Shown here in pieces: positions 37,427 through 48,257 of a stretch of 64,000 bases of DNA. How positions within the stretch are numbered: position 1 is the first letter of the stretch; every line of letters starts with the position of its first letter. The notes beneath the pieces were generated by a model. It was not told where the DNA came from. It searched no databases and saw only the letters and a program-made list of their open reading frames with translations. Position numbers and translations under genes: made by a program. Where the stretch lies: positions 124,001-188,000 of the IMG/VR virus record IMGVR_UViG_3300030102_006934, one strand, 5' to 3'.

Positions 37427-38935
37427 TTAACACCAATCTTTTTCAGAAACTATTTCAAATGGTATAATGTCTTGGTAGGTTCTTACCTCATTACCAGAGG
37501 TTATTTTAAACTCCATGTAATAGTCGTTGGGAATTAACCAAGATGTATCAATAAAGAAGAAATTACCGTCTGGGGTTCTACTAACTTCATTCCATTCAAC
37601 GTAAGGTATTTCTATTTCACCCTCTTTAATGTATATTCTGTAAAATATACCGTCTAAAGCTTGTGATTGGTCGTATGTGAAAGGTATTCTAGCAATCACA
37701 TTAACTCTTCTAGTATCACCTCTTTTAATTTTTTCCCTTCTTTGGATTCCATTAAAGGCGAATTCATAATCAAATATAGATAGGTTGTTGGAATCACCCA
37801 CACCTAGTCCAGAAGCTCCAGCACTATTGTTAGAACCTATGTTATAATAAGAATCTTGTTCTTTAACAATAAAGTCTAATTCTATATCACCCAAATTATT
37901 ACCATCTATTGTAACACCACTCCAAGTATCATAGAATTGTATATTACCACAATAATTAGATGTCTTTGGCACATTTACTGAAACACAATAAACACCAGTA
38001 CTGACTTGTGTGATACCAGATGGTGATATCACCTCATAAATTTCATCTTCATGGTCATATATGGTAACACCTGAGATATCAGCATTTACTCTCTCACCAC
38101 CAGCATTTACATATAGACATAAATTGTTGCTCTTATTGATTATAAAGTTGTCTCTGTCATCTTTTATAGTATCATCGTATAAAGTCTCCATAAACGGTTC
38201 GTATACGGTCTGAGTGTCTTTTGTGAAGAATCCTACATAAAATGTATCTTCAGATAACACATTTTCTTCAATATATTCAAAAGCTACACCTAAATTAGCT
38301 TCGGTTACACCACTACTAATTAATCCATTGATGTAATCAGATACGTCTATACATAAATTTTCACTACCCCTATCAAAATGTTGTGTTCCTTTAATTAGGT
38401 TCACAGTGGTTCCAGTATAACCAGATGTAGAACCAGAATACCAAGCTGATGGAATGGTGTATACACCTAGTTGAGACCATGGGGTATTAAATTCCCTATC
38501 TTCCCAATTGGCAGCTCCCTCACAATATGGTTTGTCACCATCATCACAAGTAACGACACTAGATTCGATATAGTCATAACCATTACCTTCATCCCACGAC
38601 TCAGGTATTTCAAATAATATTAAATTAAATGAGGTTGCTCTTTTAACGTGACCACAAGAACTAGACACAGTTTTACAATAAGTTTCTTTATCGAAACAAG
38701 AAGTGTTAGTAATTTTAATTTCATGAGTCATTTTGTCTGTAAACAACTCTTTATTATCTTTTTTTTGTATTAAATCAGTTAGGTCTATGTTAAAAAGGTA
38801 TCTAGAATATGTTAATCTATTACCATCCAAAGAACCACCGTGAAATATCTCAGCTATTGGGTTTCTACCTGTATTAGCACAAGAGTTTTTGACTATTACA
38901 GTATCTTTATTAAAATATGTTCTATAAACACTCAT
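37427..38935 (-). CDS. virion structural protein (DNRLRE-like domain plus Ig-like C-terminus), Cys-rich
   Basis: SRYLFNIDL...WDEGNG...ANW...W..G pattern; late motif at 38950. Confidence 0.55.
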   Translation of the reverse strand: MSVYRTYFNKDTVIVKNSCANTGRNPIAEIFHGGSLDGNRLTYSRYLFNIDLTDLIQKKDNKELFTDKMTHEIKITNTSCFDKETYCKTVSSSCGHVKRATSFNLILFEIPESWDEGNGYDYIESSVVTCDDGDKPYCEGAANWEDREFNTPWSQLGVYTIPSAWYSGSTSGYTGTTVNLIKGTQHFDRGSENLCIDVSDYINGLISSGVTEANLGVAFEYIEENVLSEDTFYVGFFTKDTQTVYEPFMETLYDDTIKDDRDNFIINKSNNLCLYVNAGGERVNADISGVTIYDHEDEIYEVISPSGITQVSTGVYCVSVNVPKTSNYCGNIQFYDTWSGVTIDGNNLGDIELDFIVKEQDSYYNIGSNNSAGASGLGVGDSNNLSIFDYEFAFNGIQRREKIKRGDTRRVNVIARIPFTYDQSQALDGIFYRIYIKEGEIEIPYVEWNEVSRTPDGNFFFIDTSWLIPNDYYMEFKITSGNEVRTYQDIIPFEIVSEKDWC

Positions 38936-38958
38936 CTGTTTCTTTTACTATAAATATC

Positions 38959-40113
38959 TTAATTAATTCTAATGTTTGGTGATACTATAGAATTTAAATC
39001 AAACTTCTCTATCTCAACCTTAGAATTTGCGTTAGTGGATGGTTTTTGGTGGTACGGGTGGTTGTGTTTTTTAACATAATCTTTAATTAGATTTAAGAAT
39101 GATATTAAACGGTCACCCCTAACTAATGGGGATAATGAATTATGAAAGTTTACTATGTCCTTATCTTGTTCAATAATTGGGTTTACATTAAACACTTTGG
39201 CGTAATCACTAGAACCATCACTGTTTTTGTAAGAAACTAAACTTATAAAATCAGAATACATCATGGTGTGTGTTTCGTTTTTATTAACCACCTTTAATCT
39301 TAAATAACCTGGATTTTTTTTATTTAAAGATAGGTCATTAACACTACTGTCAAACGAAAATTTACCAGCTCTTATTAAAACCTCACCACCACTATTTACA
39401 GAACCCCCATCGGTAGATAGGGTAGGCATGACAATGTCGGCATTATTTCTAGACATTAAAGAAACATCTAGTTTTTCTGGAAAACCTCCAGTGAATTCAC
39501 CCCTCTTAATTAACTTTTCGGATTTTGTGATATTTTTTGAACTAGACGGTACTACAGCAGTATTTAAATTGTCAGCACCTGTCGTATAATCATTGTAAGA
39601 AAGATCTTTTTTACTAGATATCATAGGAGCTAACCAACCCCTATTACCCTGTTCTTTACCGTCCTGAAAAATCAAGACAGTACACATCTCACCAACTTTT
39701 GGCATTACTTGAAAATGTTTAGGTAACAATGGTACACACCATGGTATATTAGACCCCCCTTGGTTGTTGACTTCTTCGTTGTTAATTGTTTTTTTGTTTC
39801 TATCAATACTTATCGGTGTATTACCAAAAGTACCAGATTCATTAGAGATGATACTATTTTTAGGGTTGTTAGGGACTCCTTGAACTCTTTTACCCTTTTT
39901 TTTATTACCCTTCTTTTCTTTGGTTTCTTTTGTATCACTTTGTCGGTCTAAAGCTGGTATATCTACTTTTATACGACCCTCGTCTAATGGATCTTCAATA
40001 TCAACAACTTTACCAATAAATATATTAAACTTATTAGTATTATTATTTTTATTTTTTCCAGGTTTGTCACCTGTTTTAACTCTACCAGTAGACCTATCTC
40101 TAAAATTAGCCAT
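38959..40113 (-). CDS. baseplate hub/central spike (gp5/VgrG-like OB fold)
   Basis: GKVVDIEDPLDEGRIKV...PWC.PL....MPKVGE; C-terminal HNHPYH. Confidence 0.8.
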   Translation of the reverse strand: MANFRDRSTGRVKTGDKPGKNKNNNTNKFNIFIGKVVDIEDPLDEGRIKVDIPALDRQSDTKETKEKKGNKKKGKRVQGVPNNPKNSIISNESGTFGNTPISIDRNKKTINNEEVNNQGGSNIPWCVPLLPKHFQVMPKVGEMCTVLIFQDGKEQGNRGWLAPMISSKKDLSYNDYTTGADNLNTAVVPSSSKNITKSEKLIKRGEFTGGFPEKLDVSLMSRNNADIVMPTLSTDGGSVNSGGEVLIRAGKFSFDSSVNDLSLNKKNPGYLRLKVVNKNETHTMMYSDFISLVSYKNSDGSSDYAKVFNVNPIIEQDKDIVNFHNSLSPLVRGDRLISFLNLIKDYVKKHNHPYHQKPSTNANSKVEIEKFDLNSIVSPNIRIN

Positions 40114-40291
40114 TTATATTTCTTTTATTAAGTTCTTCCTGTATATCTAGATAGTCACTTTCTATTGAACGCCAATGGTCAAACATTTTAACTATTTTAA
40201 ATCTTACTGACTCGAACTCGTCTTTTTTCTGTTTTTTTAACAATTCTAATTCTGAATTAGTTAAATTATTTACTTTTCTTATATCACCCAT
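40106..40291 (-). CDS. small coiled-coil hypothetical protein
   Basis: in operon; overlaps the spike gene start. Confidence 0.6.
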   Translation of the reverse strand: MGDIRKVNNLTNSELELLKKQKKDEFESVRFKIVKMFDHWRSIESDYLDIQEELNKRNING

Positions 40292-40295
40292 AATT

Positions 40296-40727
40296 CTAAG
40301 ACATTACACCATAACCAGTACTGGTTGTTAGTGAGGTACCATATACTTGAACGGGTCCACCAGCATTACCACCTGTGGCCGTTATTTGTTGTCCAGGTAA
40401 ATTAATAATTGTTATTCTAGCGTCAGATATTATAGCCTCACAAATCGCCTTAACTCTTATAAACTCCATTTTTTCACTAATATTATCAGAACCATCGTCA
40501 TTTTCACCAATAATTACCCCCACTTTACTGGATTCTGAAATTATATTTGCGGCTATTTTATTATAATCTAAACCAGGTCTAAGAACAGCACTAAGTGCTA
40601 CTTGTTTGGAAACTGGTGGTGCTGGTGTTGAGGGTACTTTAAATAAATTTATTAAAGCTCTAATAACCTCCTTTGCTTTACTGAAATCTATATTAGATTC
40701 TGATGTGTTTGATTCTACTTTTGCCAT
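40296..40727 (-). CDS. hypothetical protein, probably baseplate
   Basis: operon context; C-terminal ATGGNAGGPVQV. Confidence 0.55.
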   Translation of the reverse strand: MAKVESNTSESNIDFSKAKEVIRALINLFKVPSTPAPPVSKQVALSAVLRPGLDYNKIAANIISESSKVGVIIGENDDGSDNISEKMEFIRVKAICEAIISDARITIINLPGQQITATGGNAGGPVQVYGTSLTTSTGYGVMS

Positions 40728-40737
40728 TTTTATTTTT

Positions 40738-42261
40738 TTAACTACCTAAATTATTTATAAAAGAGAGTAAATTTTTAACATTCTTTAATAACTCTTTAGC
40801 TTTTTCTATATGTAATCTATAATTTTGAAATTGTGTACTCAAAAGAATTTGGACCCTAACTTTAAGTAAAATTAATACCTCTTTTTTAATTATATCGAAT
40901 AAAAACTCTATTATCGTGGAGTAAATATCTTTTATTATACAAGTATTTAAGGATTTAAATTTTTGAAAATAATCTTCTACTGGACTTTTATTTAAATCAC
41001 TGGTTTTAATTTCAACACCTGGTGCACCAATATTGGTTGTTGGGTTAACACTTCCATTATTCATCAAACCTTCACCTATCTGTTGTAATATAACATTAAA
41101 TGGTTTCATTGTTTGACTAAATATTATAGTGGTTAAGTTATCGAATATTTCAGATATTATATTTAATTCAACAGTCTTTTTGTTATCTTCATCTAACCCA
41201 TTGGTGGAGTTTTTTAATATTTTATCGGTAGATTCAGTCAAACCCCTTTTAACAGAAGAAGGTGAAGAATCTTCTAATAATTTAAAAGCATTGTCAAACT
41301 CAGCTAAATCTATTGAATTTTCAACAATACCACAACCTAAATCAGCTAAATTATTACCCCTAGCTAAAGCATTAGTAGCAGCATTTATTCTTTTTTTCTC
41401 TTCTTCATTGAAATTAAAAAACTCATTGTCATAAACAACTGGTTCACCCCTTTTAGATAAACCCTCTTTATCTACCACTTTATCTACCAATTCCTTCAGT
41501 TTCATTTTATTTTCCAACCATTCAGCACCAGCATCCGTTAAAGATGATATAGCACCAAATAAAGAATCTAATATAGTACTTAGTAGTAACCCAAGGTCCA
41601 ATATTTTAACACTATCTAAAAACTCTGTTAAAAAGTTTTCAAAACTTTTGGACCCATCTTGGTAACTTTGATCTAAATTTACTTTAATTTCTTCACTACC
41701 AGAAGGCCACTCTATATTTAAAATATTTTTCCAATTACCAGAACCATTTTTTTTGACATCTGATAAAAATCTTGTAAAATCTCCACCAGGTTCTGTAGAT
41801 ACGTTAACTGAGGGTTCGTTTGGTAAGGAGGGTACTGTTTTAGCCGCTTTACCATAATAAAATTTACCTACGTCAGTATCTGGGTCTATTTTTAATGTAC
41901 CTTCAATGTCTATGTTTTTAACTTTCGTCTCTAGTATGGGATTTTGTATTGATTGTAAATTAAAATCTTTTTTCTTAGAAGTATTTTTCATTACGGTTGA
42001 TACGATGCCTTTTTTTACTTTGGTTTCTATTTTATCGGTTTTCAGTAACAAGTCGTCAAAAGTACCTTTTAAATTACTACCTATTAATTGTTTCAGTAAA
42101 TCTAATAACAGGGGGACTATATTACCAGATTTAGATTTTACGGAATCAGCACCACTAGTTAAATCTTTTTGTATATCACCAAAACCAGGAAATAATTCTT
42201 CCATTGTTTTTGTAATATTAACTTCATTAAAAAGATCTTGTTTATCACTAATAAAACCCAT
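40738..42261 (-). CDS. hypothetical helical virion protein (507 aa)
   Basis: operon context with the spike gene. Confidence 0.55.
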   Translation of the reverse strand: MGFISDKQDLFNEVNITKTMEELFPGFGDIQKDLTSGADSVKSKSGNIVPLLLDLLKQLIGSNLKGTFDDLLLKTDKIETKVKKGIVSTVMKNTSKKKDFNLQSIQNPILETKVKNIDIEGTLKIDPDTDVGKFYYGKAAKTVPSLPNEPSVNVSTEPGGDFTRFLSDVKKNGSGNWKNILNIEWPSGSEEIKVNLDQSYQDGSKSFENFLTEFLDSVKILDLGLLLSTILDSLFGAISSLTDAGAEWLENKMKLKELVDKVVDKEGLSKRGEPVVYDNEFFNFNEEEKKRINAATNALARGNNLADLGCGIVENSIDLAEFDNAFKLLEDSSPSSVKRGLTESTDKILKNSTNGLDEDNKKTVELNIISEIFDNLTTIIFSQTMKPFNVILQQIGEGLMNNGSVNPTTNIGAPGVEIKTSDLNKSPVEDYFQKFKSLNTCIIKDIYSTIIEFLFDIIKKEVLILLKVRVQILLSTQFQNYRLHIEKAKELLKNVKNLLSFINNLGS

Positions 42262-42269
42262 TTTAGTAT

Positions 42270-42629
42270 TTATTTTTCGTCATCTTTATCGTTAAACATG
42301 GTTTTTAATAATTCTATATCCTCTGGTAATAATTTTTCATCAGATTTACCATTACTAACACCTTCACCTTTGAATACTAATTGACTAATTAATTTAACCA
42401 AAGATAGTTTTTTATCTATTGTAACATCCACTAACTTTAATAAGTCAGTGTTGGCTTTATTAATGTTAACTAAATCATGAACATCATCTATCTCAACCTT
42501 TTTTTTGTTCTCATTGATTTGTCTAATAGCTGTTGTTCTTTGTTCAACAAGTTCATTATAAGCTTCTTGTGCTATTGATAAAAAACTATCTGTATTTAGT
42601 TTAACCTCTTTTTTCTTTGGTCTAGCCAT
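42270..42629 (-). CDS. hypothetical coiled-coil late protein
   Basis: late motif at 42645-42652; basic N-terminus MARPKKK. Confidence 0.6.
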   Translation of the reverse strand: MARPKKKEVKLNTDSFLSIAQEAYNELVEQRTTAIRQINENKKKVEIDDVHDLVNINKANTDLLKLVDVTIDKKLSLVKLISQLVFKGEGVSNGKSDEKLLPEDIELLKTMFNDKDDEK

Positions 42630-42666
42630 TATATCTTTTATTTAATAAATATTGTGGTGTTGTATT

Positions 42667-43440
42667 TTATATGTCGTCTTTAAGAACTTGATATATTACT
42701 TTATACCTTTTCATGGCGTTTCTAATATCTTTTGTGGTTAGTGATGTCATATTTCTCATGTACAAAAGAATTAGGTTTTTATTATATTTTTTATTTTTAC
42801 CAGATTCATCACTGAATATATTATCCCACTCATCCAGTATTCTAACTAAAGAAGAACCCACTTTAAATTCGTTTTCCGTTAATATCTTAGTTTCCATCTC
42901 TTCCTTTATAGTATCTGATATTTTTTTTATAAAAACAGTTAAATCCAAATCATCCTCATCTATTGTATAACTTTTATCTTCGTCATTTTCTATTGATGTA
43001 GAATAATCTTCATAGGGTAATATGGATTTCATTTTTTTATCTTCTTTTATTAATTTACCTAATAAGTAATGTTTACAAACGGTACCGTAATATGAATAAG
43101 ATTTTTTGTTTTTATCTGGTTTAAATTTATGGAATTTTATCATTAAAAATGATAGTGCGTCTGAATGAGCGTCCTCATAGGTTAATGACTTTGGGTATAA
43201 CTTGTACTTTCTAATAATACTTTCAACCATTTTATTTAATGGTGCTCTTAAATATTCTCTATAAATTCTTTCTCTTTTTACAACGTCTTCTGTTGAACCA
43301 GTCCATCTATATCCGTCTTGTGTATTTTCATCTTCTACTAAACCACCTAGGGATAAAAATTCTCTTACAGCCTCTTCTTGTTCTTGACCAAAGTAAGGTT
43401 TCGTCTTGGGTTTTCTACCCCTAGTTTTTTTCTCGGACAT
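42667..43440 (-). CDS. phage sigma factor, gp55-like (late transcription)
   Basis: sigma region 2-like KMVESII..Y....EDAHSDALSFL..KF.KF.P....KSYSYYGTVCKHYL. Confidence 0.65.
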   Translation of the reverse strand: MSEKKTRGRKPKTKPYFGQEQEEAVREFLSLGGLVEDENTQDGYRWTGSTEDVVKRERIYREYLRAPLNKMVESIIRKYKLYPKSLTYEDAHSDALSFLMIKFHKFKPDKNKKSYSYYGTVCKHYLLGKLIKEDKKMKSILPYEDYSTSIENDEDKSYTIDEDDLDLTVFIKKISDTIKEEMETKILTENEFKVGSSLVRILDEWDNIFSDESGKNKKYNKNLILLYMRNMTSLTTKDIRNAMKRYKVIYQVLKDDI

Positions 43441-43444
43441 CTCT

Positions 43445-44257
43445 TTACTCCACGTTTTCCCCTGCGTATTTTATTCCTCTATCGTTTTTAAAATAACATT
43501 CTTTCTTTGAGGTATTGTACCAAAACTTGGATTCTAGTGGGTCCATGAAGTACTCTTTATCGTTTTTATATTTCCAAAATAAAGAATTCTCTCTCATATT
43601 ATATTTTTTATACCCTATTTTGGGTATAGTCATCATTGTTTTATCATAATAAGACATCCTTAGTAGGAATTCATAATTAAAGAACATTTTTACACTAGAC
43701 TTTAAACCACCCACCGAATTAAATGCTTCTGTTTTGATTATAGAACCACAAACTTGAAAGTTGGGGAAATTTAATAATGAGTCATAGTCTACGTAACCCA
43801 TTTTTTCACTAAAATCTCTTGCCCAGACAGGTTCATTACTAAAGTGTAAGAATTGATTTTCTTCATTCACATCTAACACTATAGGTAAGAATAAATCAAC
43901 ATTTTGATAGTGTTCTCTGTACTCGATGAAATTATCGAACCATATAGAAGAGTAAATATCATCCACTTCTAGAATTGAGAACCATTCGGTTTTACAATTT
44001 TCTACACCTAAATTTACTTGGCTAGAAAAATCTGTATCACCTTCATTTTCTAATACTGTTGTTATAGATTTAATTTCATCTGAAAAATCATAAGAGTCTA
44101 AAGTTTTTTTAGCGTCACTATTTTTAGGTACAACGATTAATAATTTTTCTACACCAACCTTTTGGTCCTCAATACTTTTTACGGCGTTAGCAAATAAATC
44201 TTTTTCTTTTTCATCCAATGTTAATATTGGCATTATTACTGTTAAATTAGTTTCCAT
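43445..44257 (-). CDS. glycosyltransferase family 2 (GT-A)
   Basis: LTVIMPI, AVKSI..Q, NLGVE..KTEWFSILEVDD. Confidence 0.8.
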   Translation of the reverse strand: METNLTVIMPILTLDEKEKDLFANAVKSIEDQKVGVEKLLIVVPKNSDAKKTLDSYDFSDEIKSITTVLENEGDTDFSSQVNLGVENCKTEWFSILEVDDIYSSIWFDNFIEYREHYQNVDLFLPIVLDVNEENQFLHFSNEPVWARDFSEKMGYVDYDSLLNFPNFQVCGSIIKTEAFNSVGGLKSSVKMFFNYEFLLRMSYYDKTMMTIPKIGYKKYNMRENSLFWKYKNDKEYFMDPLESKFWYNTSKKECYFKNDRGIKYAGENVE

Positions 44258-44260
44258 TTT

Positions 44261-45364
44261 TTAATTATTTTTTTCTTCTAAATTATTAACCTCATATTTG
44301 GCTAAAGTTTCTTTTATTTCTTTTTCTCTATTACTAAAAAGTTCACCATAAACAGATTCTACAGAACTTTTCATAATTGTTTCAGAGTAATCATCTACAG
44401 TTGTATCCATCTCCGAGAATATATCAGAAGGAACTGCGTCCTCCAACCAAGATTGTAGATATTGTGATAGTAATTCTGGGATAATGACTGTATTATCTAC
44501 CCATATACCATTTTTTTCGGTAATCCACCCATTTGATAGGTTAGGTAACTTACCAATGACAGGAGTTCCACAAGCCATTGATTCGATTGGAAATGTTCCG
44601 AATCCAGCTATATCATCAACCCATATAGAAACACACGACTCTTTTAAAGCTTCTGAAAAAACATCTTTTGTCATTCCACGCATATCTCTAAATGTAATCC
44701 ACTTTAAATGTGGATACTTAATATAAAAGTTTTTAAATATCTTAACAGTATCTCTTTGGTCTCTAGTCATTATAGCTACTATTGGTTTTTTTGGTTCGGT
44801 ATTTTTAACAAACCTTTTGTCGATACCCACTGGTACTACATTAGTGGTTACTTTACCATTAAAAAGATTGTCTATATACTCTTTTTGTTTTTCTGTTGTA
44901 GTCACACAATCAGTAATACCGTAATCTAACCAAGTCTTACCTGGTTGTAATGTTTCTGTTATATAATCATATGATTGGCAAAACACAACTCTTTTACCTG
45001 GTAAATTAACTGTCTGTTCCATAACATTAGCAAATAATTCTGGTACCATAATAATATCCGTCATATTTATTTTAACTTCTTTATCTTCTATCGATACGTG
45101 TGACAAAGAAGAGTATTCTTCACCTAACCAAGATTTAACATACTCTAGTTGTTTAGTTGAGTATTCATTTTTTTCATGTAATATATGTGCTTGGTAACCT
45201 AGTTCTGTTAACATTTTGACATGTTCATATATGTTAGCCACAGCACCAGTCGGTGCACCATTTGTGTCAATTACGAAGAAGTAGATTGAAAAATCTTTTT
45301 CTTCCATTTTCTTTAAATTTGTTTTTAATGTTTCTACAATTTCTTGTGTGTTTAATTTATCCAT
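44261..45364 (-). CDS. glycosyltransferase, GT-B (GT4-like)
   Basis: GAVANIYEH...GFGTFPIESMACGTPVI. Confidence 0.8.
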   Translation of the reverse strand: MDKLNTQEIVETLKTNLKKMEEKDFSIYFFVIDTNGAPTGAVANIYEHVKMLTELGYQAHILHEKNEYSTKQLEYVKSWLGEEYSSLSHVSIEDKEVKINMTDIIMVPELFANVMEQTVNLPGKRVVFCQSYDYITETLQPGKTWLDYGITDCVTTTEKQKEYIDNLFNGKVTTNVVPVGIDKRFVKNTEPKKPIVAIMTRDQRDTVKIFKNFYIKYPHLKWITFRDMRGMTKDVFSEALKESCVSIWVDDIAGFGTFPIESMACGTPVIGKLPNLSNGWITEKNGIWVDNTVIIPELLSQYLQSWLEDAVPSDIFSEMDTTVDDYSETIMKSSVESVYGELFSNREKEIKETLAKYEVNNLEEKNN

Positions 45365-45710
45365 TTTTCTTTATTAATTTGTTTTTTAGTAATGTATTAA
45401 AGGCTAACCTAAAAGGTATTGATAGTTGGCTTTCCAACTTTCTAAAACCCATTGACTCGTCTATAATACCATTTTCTTGTAAAAGTGATTCTATTAACGC
45501 TCTAACTGTTTCCCATTTTACAACATCAATCATTTGACCACCACTATCTGGGTTTGGGATCATATATTCAATTTCAGTATTACCAGACAATACATTTATT
45601 TCTCTCCTCTCCAATATCTCATCTATTGTCGGTTCCATTTTTATGAAATTAGATATTTTATCTAAATCTAGATAATACTCTTCGTCAGCTATATTAAATA
45701 ATTTACCCAT
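45357..45710 (-). CDS. hypothetical protein
   Basis: ORF in operon, overlapping the next gene. Confidence 0.6.
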   Translation of the reverse strand: MGKLFNIADEEYYLDLDKISNFIKMEPTIDEILERREINVLSGNTEIEYMIPNPDSGGQMIDVVKWETVRALIESLLQENGIIDESMGFRKLESQLSIPFRLAFNTLLKNKLIKKNG

Positions 45711-45750
45711 ATTTTATATTTAATTAATTTTTATCATATGTAAACAGTTT

Positions 45751-46449
45751 TTATCGTAAATAAAGGTTGGGATCAGCTCCGCCGAGTACTAACTCAAAAT
45801 TATCTAAAAGTTCTCCATTTATTTCTTTAATTGTTTTTACCCTATAACCTGATTGTACTATTTTTTTATTATAATCTTTATCGATAACGATATTGAATTT
45901 ATCTAGTGGTTTAGTGTTTATAATTTTTGGGTGGTCAGTAATCATAATGTCTACATAGTCCCAAACCTTTTTATATTCGGTCACAAATTTTATGTTAGGA
46001 CAACTAGATTTTGTTTTAGCTAAAAAGAAGTGGGTAGAAGGTATTGCCATACCACCTTCTCTACTGATTATAATAAATTCATGTTGTGGATTATCTATAA
46101 TTAATCTGTTTAAAGATTCCACAGCAGAACTAACAGATTCTTCCGCATAACCAAAAACTTCTACGGTACATTTTTCATATAAAAACTCTTCTATAGTTAC
46201 TCTTGTTTTTTTTGTTTCTAATTTAATATCTTCTTTTTCTTTAACCAACTCCTCCTCGAAGTCTAAATCAAACTCAATTTCGTTTTGTTTAACCTCTTCT
46301 TCTGGGAAAGTTAACCATTTCTCTAAATCGTAATCTAAAACTTCTACAGTATCCTCCCCTTCCAAAGGTGGGAAGTATTTAGTGTGGGTCTCCTCTATTT
46401 TACCTAATAAGTCTCTTAATACACCATCTATTGATACACCTATTTTCAT
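45751..46449 (-). CDS. HAD-fold 5'(3')-nucleotidase-like protein with atypical motif I
   Basis: MKIGVSIDGVLRD, IIISRE, IMITDHP, YN. Confidence 0.6.
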   Translation of the reverse strand: MKIGVSIDGVLRDLLGKIEETHTKYFPPLEGEDTVEVLDYDLEKWLTFPEEEVKQNEIEFDLDFEEELVKEKEDIKLETKKTRVTIEEFLYEKCTVEVFGYAEESVSSAVESLNRLIIDNPQHEFIIISREGGMAIPSTHFFLAKTKSSCPNIKFVTEYKKVWDYVDIMITDHPKIINTKPLDKFNIVIDKDYNKKIVQSGYRVKTIKEINGELLDNFELVLGGADPNLYLR

Positions 46450-46451
46450 AA

Positions 46452-47234
46452 TTAACTTTTTAACAATACTTTATTATTATCAGTAGATTCGTCCAAATCA
46501 TCAAACACAGCCTCAATGGTTTTGATGATAGGGTTTCTAACCACGTCATTTGGGTCTCTAAGTTCTACACAACCAAAGTTGTCTATGTTATTAAACTTAT
46601 CTATAATCACCTCCAAAGAACTATCCTTTTTATTTCTTATGTCTTTTTGTTTAACATCACCTAAAATAACCATCTTCGAGTCATCACCTATACGTGTCAT
46701 TAAAGTCCTCATATTGTCTAATGTGATATTTTGTGCCTCATCAACAATTATAATAGTATTGTCAATACTCCTACCTCTAATGAATGCTAGGGGTTGAACA
46801 TTTATTAAACCTAGTTCTCTGAATTTACGAGTTAATGACTCACCAATTATCTTCTCAAAGTTATCTATAAAAGAACCTAAAAAAGGATCAAATTTTTCGT
46901 TTAAATCACCTGGTAAAGAACCTAACTCTTCATGTCTTAACTGAGTAATTGATTTAACTAAAAGTACTTTTTTATATTTAGGTTTTGATTTTATTAGCTT
47001 AAGTGCTTCAGCACAAGCGATGTAAGTTTTTCCAGTACCTGGTAAACCAGAAACAATGGTTATCTCATTGTTTCTTATTGAATCCCTAACTTTTCCTTGA
47101 TTTTCATTTTTACACTTATAGTGTACTGACATTGAGGTTAAGAACTTATCCTCTTCTTGGTTTTTTCTATATACGAATTCTTCTATTTGTTGTAAGTCTT
47201 CGTCTGATAGATTTTTATTTCTTCTTCTTGCCAT
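46452..47234 (-). CDS. phoH: PhoH-family ATPase
   Basis: GLPGTGKT, LGSLPGD, PLAFIRGRS, IIVDEAQN, TRIG, GDVKQ.D, VVRNP. Confidence 0.93.
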   Translation of the reverse strand: MARRRNKNLSDEDLQQIEEFVYRKNQEEDKFLTSMSVHYKCKNENQGKVRDSIRNNEITIVSGLPGTGKTYIACAEALKLIKSKPKYKKVLLVKSITQLRHEELGSLPGDLNEKFDPFLGSFIDNFEKIIGESLTRKFRELGLINVQPLAFIRGRSIDNTIIIVDEAQNITLDNMRTLMTRIGDDSKMVILGDVKQKDIRNKKDSSLEVIIDKFNNIDNFGCVELRDPNDVVRNPIIKTIEAVFDDLDESTDNNKVLLKS

Positions 47235-47298
47235 AAAATTTTATTATTAAATTAATTTAATAATGAAAATATACTAACATTATGTACAATGTACACAG

Positions 47299-47613
47299 TT
47301 ATTTAATAAAGGATTTTGGATCGTCAAAGAAATCTAGACTGTTAAATGTTTTGTCATCGACAAAAATATCAAAAAATGGTTTATCTAACCTTAATTCATG
47401 GTATTTCACACCAAAGTCTTTTAATTGTTGTTCAGTTAGTACCCTCCAATCAATACCACTAACTGCTCCTCTAGCAGTCCACATTGTTATATGATGGCCC
47501 TCATCATATAATTTATTCACTATATCTATATTTTTTTTTATCGGTTTAGATGAGTTGTAATCCGTTTTTTTAGTGTTGAAAATGGTTTCATCTATATCTA
47601 CGAATATTTTCAT
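47299..47613 (-). CDS. small HAD phosphatase (capsule-biosynthesis type)
   Basis: FVDIDETI, WTARG, KP..DIFVDDK. Confidence 0.8.
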   Translation of the reverse strand: MKIFVDIDETIFNTKKTDYNSSKPIKKNIDIVNKLYDEGHHITMWTARGAVSGIDWRVLTEQQLKDFGVKYHELRLDKPFFDIFVDDKTFNSLDFFDDPKSFIK

Positions 47614-48257
47614 TTCTTTATATTTGTGAATTTCATTATTTTATTATTGATAGTAATGTTCACATCACCAAATAGATTAGTTATGGAATCTTCGGTGAAA
47701 AAACTATAATGAGGGTTAGTTGAACTTTCCACAATACGATCTTTAGTTTTACAATAAGGAACTTCAAACACGAAGTATTTACTAACATTTTTAACAAATT
47801 GTACGAAGTCTTTTAATTGGTTTGTTGGTATGTGTTCTAAAGTGTGTATACAAAATAAAATATCAATATCTTTAGTTAATAGTGTTTCTTTATTTTCGTG
47901 AAATTCTATATAATTAGGTAATTCGTTTTTGATTATATCATGTGAATACAATGATATTTTTGGAAAATTTTTATTTACCTTCTTGAGGAAATCATAATTA
48001 GGTGGGGTACCTATCTCCAATAAGTTATTAATACTTATGTTTATTTTAGATAAATATTTAATATATGAATCGTTCCTAATTAAATTATTACCAAAACCAC
48101 TGACATGACTTTTTTGATGTTGGCTAATTTCTTCGTGTGAATAACCTTCGCAATCAACAAAAGTAAAATAACAATTAGAACATTTTAAAATATCACAATC
48201 AATTAGTTTATGTTTTAAAATATTATTTGTTACTGATTCACATATTGGGCATTTCAT
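47610..48257 (-). CDS. SAM-dependent methyltransferase with N-terminal Zn ribbon
   Basis: CPIC..CSNC, LLEIG, HTLEHIP, FVFEVP. Confidence 0.75.
   Translation of the reverse strand: MKCPICESVTNNILKHKLIDCDILKCSNCYFTFVDCEGYSHEEISQHQKSHVSGFGNNLIRNDSYIKYLSKINISINNLLEIGTPPNYDFLKKVNKNFPKISLYSHDIIKNELPNYIEFHENKETLLTKDIDILFCIHTLEHIPTNQLKDFVQFVKNVSKYFVFEVPYCKTKDRIVESSTNPHYSFFTEDSITNLFGDVNITINNKIMKFTNIKK

Noticed and set aside
42270-42629. Possible terminase small subunit
   Set aside because: Size and coiled coil fit, but there is no recognisable motif and it is far from terL.
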